Source: a bacterium
GTDB taxonomy: Bacteria > Acidobacteriota > Thermoanaerobaculia > Thermoanaerobaculales > Sulfomarinibacteraceae
DNA: 64,000 nt
Reading direction: 5' to 3'
Assembly: GCA_024229275.1 (NCBI GenBank)
Contig: JAAESQ010000884.1
Span: forward strand, 6,120-70,119
Shown here: positions 42,281 through 48,579 of the stretch, piece after piece
How positions within the stretch are numbered: position 1 is the first letter of the stretch
How the letters are laid out: each line of letters starts with the position of its first letter
The notes under the pieces: model-generated
What the model was told of the DNA's origin: nothing
Databases searched by the model: none
What the model saw: only the letters and a program-made list of their open reading frames with translations
Program-made: the position numbers and the translations under genes

Positions 42281-42688
42281 ATGAGGACCATTCTGCTACT
42301 GCTCTCTCTTTCGTTTTTGCTGCTCGCTCAAGATCCGCTGCCGATGCGTTCCTGGGCGTTCTTGTTCAGTCCAGCGCACTCTGTGCATGACGCGGACGAA
42401 CCGAAGCCTGTTTACAGCGCCAGCGTTCACATCGTCTTTGAGGTGACGAACTCGGGTCCTTTCCGAATCGATCTGACATTGGTCACCAAAGAGACCGCAG
42501 ACTTGCCGGAGGCAGATCAAGACATTTACCAGATGCAGACAGCGAATATCGTTGCCAGCAGTGCTGAGGTGGCGCGGGGCGCGGCGACCACCATGATGGC
42601 CATCACGAGGCCCGATCTCATCATCAAGGCGGCGAATGTGTTCAGGATGGTGGAAGAGCACCACAGTCAGGTAACGCCAGTGCAGTAG
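42281..42688 (+). CDS. secreted protein (135 aa), isolated plus-strand gene
   Basis: MRTILLLLSLSFLLLAQDP signal peptide. TAGGAT lies 7 nt before the ATG, so the mRNA may be leaderless or short-leader. It is flanked by minus-strand genes. Confidence 0.5.
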   Translation: MRTILLLLSLSFLLLAQDPLPMRSWAFLFSPAHSVHDADEPKPVYSASVHIVFEVTNSGPFRIDLTLVTKETADLPEADQDIYQMQTANIVASSAEVARGAATTMMAITRPDLIIKAANVFRMVEEHHSQVTPVQ

Positions 42689-42710
42689 GGCGCTTCTCCA
42701 GGGCGGCCAC

Positions 42711-43622
42711 TCACCATAGCCGCAGTTGAGCGTGCTGGCCGGCTATGTTGTAGCCTAGGCCGTACTCGGCGATGATCTGTTTCCCGTCACATACCACATT
42801 CATCGGGAAGATCTTCAGCCGCCTGGATACGCCATTCCCTTCGAGAACGAGCATGTCGAGGTCGTCGAGATTCACTGAGAAGGCGAGGACGTCGCTGTCG
42901 TCGAGCATGGGTTCGTGGCAGATGGTCCAGATCTCGCTCGAAATATCCAATTTTGAGCCGCACCAACGCTCGAATTCTTGCAGCAACATGGTGGAGGTGA
43001 TCAAAAGCCTGCGCCGTTTGTTTGGGGGACGGTGATCGGGGCAGGTGATGGCATATTCGGCAAACTCTATGAAGTTGTTTCGATTCAACTGGCCGTTGCA
43101 ACTCCAGACTCGATCTTCGGTGAGTTGGGCGAGCCCCATGGTTGTCCTGAGTGGCGCGACGAATGACGGTTGGGGATAAGGCCTTGACACTGTGGTCGAT
43201 TTTCGCGCTGCGGTGCCAAACAGAAACGCCAAGTTCATACTTTGCTTCGTTTTGCGGATCATGTCGGCGATGCTATCGTCATGCGCCACCGGGTGGCTGA
43301 ATTCCGGCACTACAGCCAAAGTCGGCCCGAGATTCCGGAATATCTGGGTGTAGGTGGTTCGACCGTCAGGCAGCGAAATCTCGACATCCTTGACGCTGCG
43401 GGTGCGATCACGCGCCAGGGCGGTGATGAGCGGCTGTTCGTCGGGATGGAGGCCATAAAGCTCGTCGTGAACATCGAATTCGTTACCGGTCGGCTGCCAG
43501 CGTGGGCGATAACTCTGTTCGTACCAAGGTGTTGGGTCTGATTCCTGCTCCACCACTTTGGCAGCTGTGGCCGCCGCGACCGGGGCTCCGAGCAACGTAG
43601 CAACAAACTCTTTGCGTGTCAT
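42711..43622 (-). CDS. truncated HK97-type capsid-like paralog with signal-like N-terminus (303 aa)
   Basis: It shares collinear motifs with the capsid gene 30621..31838. The pairs are PLITALARDRTRSV/PLITMMNALKRRRAV, TTYTQIFRN/ETYLQIVRT, IADMIRKTKQSMNLAFLFG/IEDMVEHKQKMNSVLIWG and RTTMGLAQL/RSTMGLIET. Further pairs are KRRRLLITSTMLLQEFERW/KKRKLGVFAPIIVEAIQAW and IIAEYGLGY/ILTEFGYKV. It lacks the beta-barrel insertion. Its N-terminus is MTRKEFVATLLGAPVAAATAAKV. Confidence 0.6.
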   Translation of the reverse strand: MTRKEFVATLLGAPVAAATAAKVVEQESDPTPWYEQSYRPRWQPTGNEFDVHDELYGLHPDEQPLITALARDRTRSVKDVEISLPDGRTTYTQIFRNLGPTLAVVPEFSHPVAHDDSIADMIRKTKQSMNLAFLFGTAARKSTTVSRPYPQPSFVAPLRTTMGLAQLTEDRVWSCNGQLNRNNFIEFAEYAITCPDHRPPNKRRRLLITSTMLLQEFERWCGSKLDISSEIWTICHEPMLDDSDVLAFSVNLDDLDMLVLEGNGVSRRLKIFPMNVVCDGKQIIAEYGLGYNIAGQHAQLRLW

Positions 43623-43747
43623 CGAGATCTATTCTACACTGGAAGGCAACGAGAGAGAACAACCTCGAAGTTCATCCGACGCAGGTCCGGGGCCGGTCAT
43701 TTCATCGTGGCCGGCCCTTTCCGTTGCGGGTGTATACTGGGAGCGGA

Positions 43748-44089
43748 ATGAGCAAGCGTAAAGCCTTCATGGACAAGCTGAAGACGATTTTCTGCGCCGT
43801 GTTCCGGCACAGCAACATCGAGGAGCAGTTCTGGGGCGAGCACTATTGCGGCCGTTGCCGCGCCAAGCTCGGAGACAGTCTGGCCGGGGTGTACAGGAAC
43901 AGCCAAGTGGTCGGCATCCACTGCGACTGCGAGGGCTGCCGGGAGCGGTACGCCAAGATGGGCTGGATGGACAAGTTTCTGGCTGCCAAGCCGGAATGGC
44001 TCGGCGAGCCGCCCGGCTATGCGGAGCGTAAGCGCAAAGAGATTGATCTGGATCTGGAGAGGTTGCCACCCGGAGTCGAGCAGTTATGA
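43748..44089 (+). CDS. Cys-rich small protein (113 aa)
   Basis: Start at ATG 43748 after GGGAGCGGA. CGRC ... CDCEGC cysteine clusters. Confidence 0.5.
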   Translation: MSKRKAFMDKLKTIFCAVFRHSNIEEQFWGEHYCGRCRAKLGDSLAGVYRNSQVVGIHCDCEGCRERYAKMGWMDKFLAAKPEWLGEPPGYAERKRKEIDLDLERLPPGVEQL

Positions 44090-44319
44090 CCCGCCGAACA
44101 CTACTCTCGCTGATCGGCGCCTTGGCTGGCGCAAAGGCGTGGGCGCGGGAGCGCATCGTGGTGCGGCTCCGACAACGGCAGCCGTTCTACCCTGATGCGC
44201 GCATCATCGTCGTCTCACCCGACAAGCAATCCGGAAGCAGGTTCTTGAAGGATGAGATTATGAGGATCACGCACGCCTCCGGTGGCCGGATCACAGTGCA
44301 GCGGGGGCGCAAAGCCTGA
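44086..44319 (+). CDS. small protein with twin-arginine-like signal (77 aa)
   Basis: MTRRTLLSLIGALAGAKAWA. ATGA overlap with the upstream ORF. Confidence 0.45.
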   Translation: MTRRTLLSLIGALAGAKAWARERIVVRLRQRQPFYPDARIIVVSPDKQSGSRFLKDEIMRITHASGGRITVQRGRKA

Positions 44320-44347
44320 TCTTCCCCCTCTGTTCCCCAGAAAAGAC

Positions 44348-44376
44348 TTGACACGGTAGCACGAATCGGCGAGAAT
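44348..44376 (+). promoter_or_regulatory. sigma70-type promoter for the rightward G-poor operon
   Basis: TTGACA (44348-44353), a 17-nt spacer, then GAGAAT (44371-44376). Confidence 0.5.
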
Positions 44377-44461
44377 GTGTGCGTCGTCCTCACGCGGCAC
44401 GACTGGCATGTTCGGCTTACAGTTGAATATCGCCGTCAAAGCTCAGGGGCGGGCTGAGGTT

Positions 44462-44496
44462 ACCAGACCAGTCAGCCTGCCCCGGTCTGGTCTGGT
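44462..44496 (+). promoter_or_regulatory. 5'-UTR hairpin immediately before the first island ORF
   Basis: ACCAGACCAG (44462-44471) pairs with CTGGTCTGGT (44487-44496). A second register is possible because of the GGTCT tandem. The hairpin ends 3 nt before GTG 44500 and is followed by only TTT. Confidence 0.4.
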
Positions 44497-44499
44497 TTC

Positions 44500-44805
44500 G
44501 TGGGTAAGAAAAAGCCCAAACGTCCGACATCCAAACCCCGCCGCACAAATTACCGCCTGAATCCCCGTCAAGATCCACCACCGCCCGGCCCCGTAACCCA
44601 ACACGTCCGGGACGGTGAGCCGCTCACCGAAACCGGCGCCAAGCTCCTACGCCCCGTCCCCAGACCACCCTTCGTCCGTACCCCACCCCCACCCGGCACC
44701 TGCATGGCCTGCCACGGTCATTTCCGCATGACCGACTACCTCGTCTGCGACACCTGCTTCCTCAAAGCCCGAAAAGTCCTTGAAGACTGGAGAGCCAGGC
44801 AATGA
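44500..44805 (+). CDS. basic/Pro-rich zinc-ribbon protein (101 aa)
   Basis: GTG start. CMAC..(12)..CDTC. G-poor coding strand. Confidence 0.5.
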   Translation: MGKKKPKRPTSKPRRTNYRLNPRQDPPPPGPVTQHVRDGEPLTETGAKLLRPVPRPPFVRTPPPPGTCMACHGHFRMTDYLVCDTCFLKARKVLEDWRARQ

Positions 44806-45140
44806 GCGAATCCCCCCGTTTCTCCCGCGTCCCCATCGAAATCCTCGAAGATCGCACCCTCAACCATTCTGACCTCCGCGTCTACGCCATTCTCAGCCTC
44901 CACGCCATCAGAACCAACCTCGTCTGGGTCGGCCAGCGCAGAATCGCCGAACTCGCCAGCATGAACCGCCGCCATGTCCGCCGTTCCCTCGAAAAACTCG
45001 CCCGCGCCGGCCATATCTCCGTCTCTATCCACAGAATCACCCGACGCCATGTGTTCCAGCTCAATAGCCCCGTCTTCCTCGAAGAACGCGCCAATCGCGA
45101 AATCCCCAGGTATCCAAAACCATCCCCAACCCTCCAATAG
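44802..45140 (+). CDS. winged-helix DNA-binding protein (lambda O N-terminal-like / replication-regulator-like), 112 aa
   Basis: VPIEILEDRTLNHSDLRVYAILSLHA...GQRRIAELASMNRRHVRRSLEKLARAGHI. ATGA overlap. Codons are almost all C- or A-ending. Confidence 0.55.
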   Translation: MSESPRFSRVPIEILEDRTLNHSDLRVYAILSLHAIRTNLVWVGQRRIAELASMNRRHVRRSLEKLARAGHISVSIHRITRRHVFQLNSPVFLEERANREIPRYPKPSPTLQ

Positions 45141-45295
45141 ACCCTGTGGAAAACTCCAGGTGCGCAAATTTTGCCGGGTACCAGGATGCGCCCATGAAAG
45201 GGCCCCTACAGGTACCCACGTATATACTCTATAGAAGGGGGCTCCCCTCCGAAAAGGTGCGGTCCAATCCCCCACCCCCGTGATACACTAACCCC

Positions 45296-45496
45296 ATGAG
45301 CCGTACCGTTTATCTCAAACTCGGAGAGTCGGTCTCTACCATCCACAACCCCGTCATCGCAGACTTGATCCGCGGTCCCCTTGGAACCCAGATCCGGATC
45401 ACACACGCCGGCGGCGAAATACTCACCGGCCCAATGCCACCCACCGAAGCTGAAACATTGGCCAACCGCCTTAATGAACCCCGACTAACCCCATGA
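45296..45496 (+). CDS. hypothetical small protein (66 aa)
   Basis: ORF track. Start context CTAACCCCATGA with no Shine-Dalgarno. Confidence 0.45.
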   Translation: MSRTVYLKLGESVSTIHNPVIADLIRGPLGTQIRITHAGGEILTGPMPPTEAETLANRLNEPRLTP

Positions 45497-45756
45497 CTTC
45501 CACCTTTACCGTCCAAGATGCCACCCTCCACCGCCCCGGCGACGCCATCTCCATCAACGGCCACACCTTCATCATCCGCTCCACCACCCCAACCACTATC
45601 CGCCTCTTTGCCCCCACCTTCTTCGGTCGCCTCGCCGGCCGTATCTTCCACTTCTTCATCAAGTTACGAGCTAAACTCTGGCTCTGGACCCGAATCGTCG
45701 AGTCCTACGACTCCACCGACCCCGAAGATTCCGCGTACCTGAGGAAACTGCTGTGA
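45493..45756 (+). CDS. hypothetical small protein (87 aa)
   Basis: ORF track. ATGA overlap within CTAACCCCATGA. Confidence 0.45.
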   Translation: MTSTFTVQDATLHRPGDAISINGHTFIIRSTTPTTIRLFAPTFFGRLAGRIFHFFIKLRAKLWLWTRIVESYDSTDPEDSAYLRKLL

Positions 45757-46172
45757 GCCCCACCTCCGAACTCCTCCTCCTCAAAGTCGCCCGCGTCCTC
45801 CTTGAGGAAACCTGTCGCCAACACACCCTCCTCACCGAACTCGATACCCAAATCTCCCACATCGAGAATGACCCTAACCCCATGACCCAGCAACTCCGTG
45901 CCCAACGCGCCCCTGACAACAACGCCTCCTTCAACTCCACCAATGAACTCCCCAAAACAGGCGCCTGCCGCCTCTGCGGCCGCCCAGATGTCGAACTCAC
46001 CCCTGTCGTCACACCCTACGTCAACATCGCCGTCTGTGAAACCTGCTGCTTGCTCGTCGCTTCCCACAGGCGCTTCTTCCTCGAAAACCAACCCCCAGCC
46101 CAACACCAAACTGAATCCAAGCCAGCCGAAACCAAGGCCAACTTGCCCGAATCGCAACGCCCTCAACCATGA
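45753..46172 (+). CDS. hypothetical protein with CxxC..CxxCC zinc-ribbon-like motif (139 aa)
   Basis: GTGA overlap. CRLCG ... CETCC. There is an internal in-frame Met at 45882 in the same CTAACCCCATGA context. Confidence 0.45.
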   Translation: MSPTSELLLLKVARVLLEETCRQHTLLTELDTQISHIENDPNPMTQQLRAQRAPDNNASFNSTNELPKTGACRLCGRPDVELTPVVTPYVNIAVCETCCLLVASHRRFFLENQPPAQHQTESKPAETKANLPESQRPQP

Positions 46173-46549
46173 AACTCTCCACCCGCTCCTCCAACTATCG
46201 CTCCGATAACGCCAGATTGTCCTACTGCCCCCCACTCCCCACTCTCCCGCCTCCTCACCTCCTTCCCTCTAACCCCTCCCGTATCACCTCCCCAGCCGAG
46301 GCTTACTCCATCCCTTACAACACCGCCCTCCAATTCGACTCCCTCGCCCGCGCCCGCTCCATCATCACCACAATTATCGACAACGAAAAAGGTGACCTCT
46401 GGTACCTTACTCCAGGCCCCGGCAGAACTCCACCAAGAGACCGCTCCGGCCGCTTTATCAGGGTCTACGTCTTCCTCTACAACATCCTCAACCACCTCGA
46501 TGACCAGCTACAAACTTGCCTCCAACCACCCCCTGAACCGAGACCGTAA
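46169..46549 (+). CDS. hypothetical Pro/Ser-rich protein (126 aa)
   Basis: ORF track. ATGA overlap. Confidence 0.4.
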   Translation: MKLSTRSSNYRSDNARLSYCPPLPTLPPPHLLPSNPSRITSPAEAYSIPYNTALQFDSLARARSIITTIIDNEKGDLWYLTPGPGRTPPRDRSGRFIRVYVFLYNILNHLDDQLQTCLQPPPEPRP

Positions 46550-46553
46550 CCCC

Positions 46554-46625
46554 ATGACCAGACGTCACTTATTCGCCACCTTCGTTGCCGCCATAACCGG
46601 TGCCAATCTTCCCCAATCTCAATAG
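46554..46625 (+). CDS. possible 23-aa micro-ORF with twin-arginine-like sequence
   Basis: MTRRHLFATFVAAITGANLPQSQ. The ATG sits in TAACCCCATGA directly after the previous stop. Confidence 0.25.
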   Translation: MTRRHLFATFVAAITGANLPQSQ

Positions 46626-46647
46626 GTTACCCCATGAAACTCCCACC

Positions 46648-46833
46648 ATGACCCCAACCCAACTCCGCATTCTCCATATCTCTTCCATCGACGCCTCCCT
46701 TATCGTCAAACGCTTGCTCCAACCCCCCATCTCCGACGACGGTGCCGCCATCCTCCGCCGTGTCTACCAATCCCTTCAAATTCAACAACTCGCCACCCTC
46801 GCCGCCCTTCGTTGCGTTGCCGATTCTCAATGA
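46648..46833 (+). CDS. hypothetical small protein (61 aa)
   Basis: Start taken at ATG 46648 (MTPTQLRILHISS). It is the last gene of the rightward G-poor operon. Confidence 0.4.
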   Translation: MTPTQLRILHISSIDASLIVKRLLQPPISDDGAAILRRVYQSLQIQQLATLAALRCVADSQ

Positions 46834-46943
46834 CCCCTACCTCCTCCCACAACCCCTGAAACCCTAGAAAATACTCCACTTCCTACCCCTCTACTTTTTC
46901 CCGAATCACAACCCCCAAACCTTAAACGTCGAGAACGGCGGAA

Positions 46944-46996
46944 GGGTTTTTAGGGGGGGGGCGCCCCTTGGGGGGGGCGACATCGCACGCAGGGGG
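46944..46996 (+). repeat. G-tract cluster (GGG, G9, G8, G5) with embedded palindrome GGGGCGCCCC at the convergence point
   Basis: Sequence GGGTTTTTAGGGGGGGGGCGCCCCTTGGGGGGGGCGACATCGCACGCAGGGGG. It lies where the plus strand switches from C-rich to G-rich. It may form a G-quadruplex or hairpin, or act as a bidirectional terminator. Confidence 0.5.
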
Positions 46997-47174
46997 CCGC
47001 CGAACCACCTACCAGGGCAGCAGCAGCACGTTGACCGGCCGACGACTCACCGACAGCAGTGCTTCGAGGTGCTCTCAGCCATGGCTCTACCGATAATCAC
47101 CATTATCGTGAGTGCTCCATAGCGCACCACTGGCCACCACAGGGCATGCCTCTAAGTGCTACAGTGCGCTGAGC

Positions 47175-47498
47175 TTACGAGCGTCCGGGGGGAAGCGGGG
47201 GATATGCTGGTGTGGGGCGTTCTGGGCCTGTTGAGCTAGGTGCGGTTCTCTCGGGCAATGGTGCAACGAGCACGGGGTGTAAGAGGTGCTCAACCCACCA
47301 ACGAGGGATCCGGAGGCGTGCGCTCCGTTCAGTCCCAGCCTTACAGACTGGAACTTGTCCCCTGTAGCACTTGATGCGAAGGGACCTCGGGGTGATACGG
47401 AGGATGTTCGCAACCTCTTCAATAGTAAGGAGTTGGATGTCTTCGAGTCTCCGCTGGGGTTGGTTGGTGTGCTGGTCCAGGAGCGGGTTAGCGCTCAT
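47175..47498 (-). CDS. excisionase/AlpA-type helix-turn-helix protein (107 aa)
   Basis: LLTIEEVANILRITPRSLRIKCYRGQVP..RIPRWWVEHLL. Start at ATG 47498 in the context CTAACCATGAG. Confidence 0.55.
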   Translation of the reverse strand: MSANPLLDQHTNQPQRRLEDIQLLTIEEVANILRITPRSLRIKCYRGQVPVCKAGTERSARLRIPRWWVEHLLHPVLVAPLPERTAPSSTGPERPTPAYPPLPPGRS

Positions 47499-47568
47499 GG
47501 TTAGAGTGTAGCACAGTGTTGAGGCCTTCGTTACCAACGACGACAGCCGCGATGGCGGCGGGTTGTGG

Positions 47569-48027
47569 TCATAGGAATAAGGCGGTGGCGAGTGTAGCGC
47601 CGACGATGGAACCACAAACGAAGGCAAGCCAGGGTTTTATGGGCTGGGGATCGGGTGGTGGTGTGGAGTCGTGGAATGGCTGATCTTTGACGGGCCCGAA
47701 CTGGTGGCTACCTTCGTGGTCTTGGTCGAGGATGCAACGTTGGGTGGCTAGGGTGGCACAGCCTTGACCGGCGGAGCATTGCTGGGGTGAGTTCTGCGGC
47801 GGTTCCCATTGTTCGAATAGCTTGCAGTGGCCCTTGTTGATGGTGGAACAGGGAGCGTAATCGGGTCGGCCGGAGACGGGGTTAAGTTCTATTGGGGATG
47901 CGAGGCAGTGAGTAGGAGAGGTGGAACCGCGCCAAGCTTCTGAGAGGGAAGGGCGAGAGTCTTTGGTGATGTGGCCGTAGGTGGGGTCGAAATAGCTGGC
48001 GTGCTTGCAGTTGGCGCAGATGGTCAT
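47569..48027 (-). CDS. Cys-rich protein with C-terminal membrane anchor (152 aa)
   Basis: Start at ATG 48027 (MTICANCKHASYF). Multiple Cys. The C-terminus WLAFVCGSIVGATLATALFL is hydrophobic. Confidence 0.45.
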   Translation of the reverse strand: MTICANCKHASYFDPTYGHITKDSRPSLSEAWRGSTSPTHCLASPIELNPVSGRPDYAPCSTINKGHCKLFEQWEPPQNSPQQCSAGQGCATLATQRCILDQDHEGSHQFGPVKDQPFHDSTPPPDPQPIKPWLAFVCGSIVGATLATALFL

Positions 48028-48046
48028 GGCTGTCCGTTTGGGTGGT

Positions 48047-48421
48047 TCATGGTTGCAGCGGCCTCCGGCAATTGGGGCAGGTTGTACCTGGGATGCCCGT
48101 GACAAATATTACGTAGCAATGTGGACAGGCAAACGGGCCGTGAGGTGGTGATTCCTGGGTGCTGGGGCTCGCTGGTGGGGTTTGTGGGGGTTCTGGCGAT
48201 GTCTCGGGCGTTTGAGGGGGATCGGTGGGCTGAGGGGGTTGTTCGGGGGTTTTACGGGGTTTGCGGTTGCGGCGTTTGCCAGCTGTGGCACGTCCACCGG
48301 CTGCGGCTATCTCGGAGCGGCGTTTGGGGGAAAGCTTGGCGGCGCGGCGCCTGGCCAGTAGGGACATAGCGTACGAGATCGTCTGTTGATCGTCGCACTC
48401 GTCCTGTGGTTCGTCGGGCAT
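48047..48421 (-). CDS. small basic protein with Pro/Thr linker and zinc ribbon (124 aa)
   Basis: RRAAKLSPKRRSEIAAAGGRA is followed by a PQPTDPPQTPETSPEPPQTPP linker, then CPHC..(14)..CPNC. It is the first gene of the leftward G-poor operon. Confidence 0.5.
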   Translation of the reverse strand: MPDEPQDECDDQQTISYAMSLLARRRAAKLSPKRRSEIAAAGGRATAGKRRNRKPRKTPEQPPQPTDPPQTPETSPEPPQTPPASPSTQESPPHGPFACPHCYVIFVTGIPGTTCPNCRRPLQP

Positions 48422-48484
48422 CGTTTCGTGGCCGGCGACGGCTCAGGGAAGCCGCATACCTCGTCAGGTTGCCGGCCGAGTTCC

Positions 48485-48513
48485 ATGATATCATTATGGT
48501 TAGCTTGCTGCAA
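48485..48513 (-). promoter_or_regulatory. sigma70-type promoter for the leftward G-poor operon
   Basis: On the minus sense: TTGCAG (48513-48508), 17 nt, TATCAT (48490-48485). It overlaps the palindrome CTTGCTGCAAG (48504-48514). Confidence 0.45.
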
Positions 48514-48544
48514 GTGGTAATGTGAAAATAGTTGAAAAAAAAGC

Positions 48545-48573
48545 TTGACACGTGGTTTAGCTTGCGGTAAGCT
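48545..48573 (+). promoter_or_regulatory. sigma70-type promoter, probably giving a leaderless mRNA for 48580..48828
   Basis: TTGACA (48545-48550), 17 nt, TAAGCT (48568-48573). ATG 48580 lies 7 nt after the -10 hexamer. AGCTTG copies sit at 48502, 48542, 48559 and 48570. Confidence 0.45.
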
Positions 48574-48579
48574 TGATGC

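Noticed and set aside
47811-47818. GTTCGAAT, a tRNA T-loop-like sequence; I also checked the 46834-47174 gap for a tRNA or attachment-site tRNA fragment
   Set aside because: The T-loop-like sequence lies inside the coding region of ORF 47569..48027. I could not fold flanking acceptor or anticodon stems around it. The non-coding gap has hairpins but no cloverleaf-compatible arrangement.
44500-48421. Explaining the compositional island by replication-associated GC skew, an ssDNA-phage-like strand bias, or transcription-coupled deamination
   Set aside because: The bias flips with gene orientation within 4 kb, so it is not replication skew. Deamination of exposed sense-strand cytosines would deplete C and enrich T, whereas the sense strand here is C-rich and G-poor.
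44495-48431. 9-bp direct repeat GTTTCGTGG at both edges of the G-poor island (44495-44503 and 48423-48431), as target-site duplication of an inserted element
   Set aside because: A 9-mer match between two ~100-bp boundary windows has a chance probability of a few percent. Both promoters driving the island lie outside the repeats, and no transposase or integrase lies inside. I did not treat it as evidence for a discrete mobile element.
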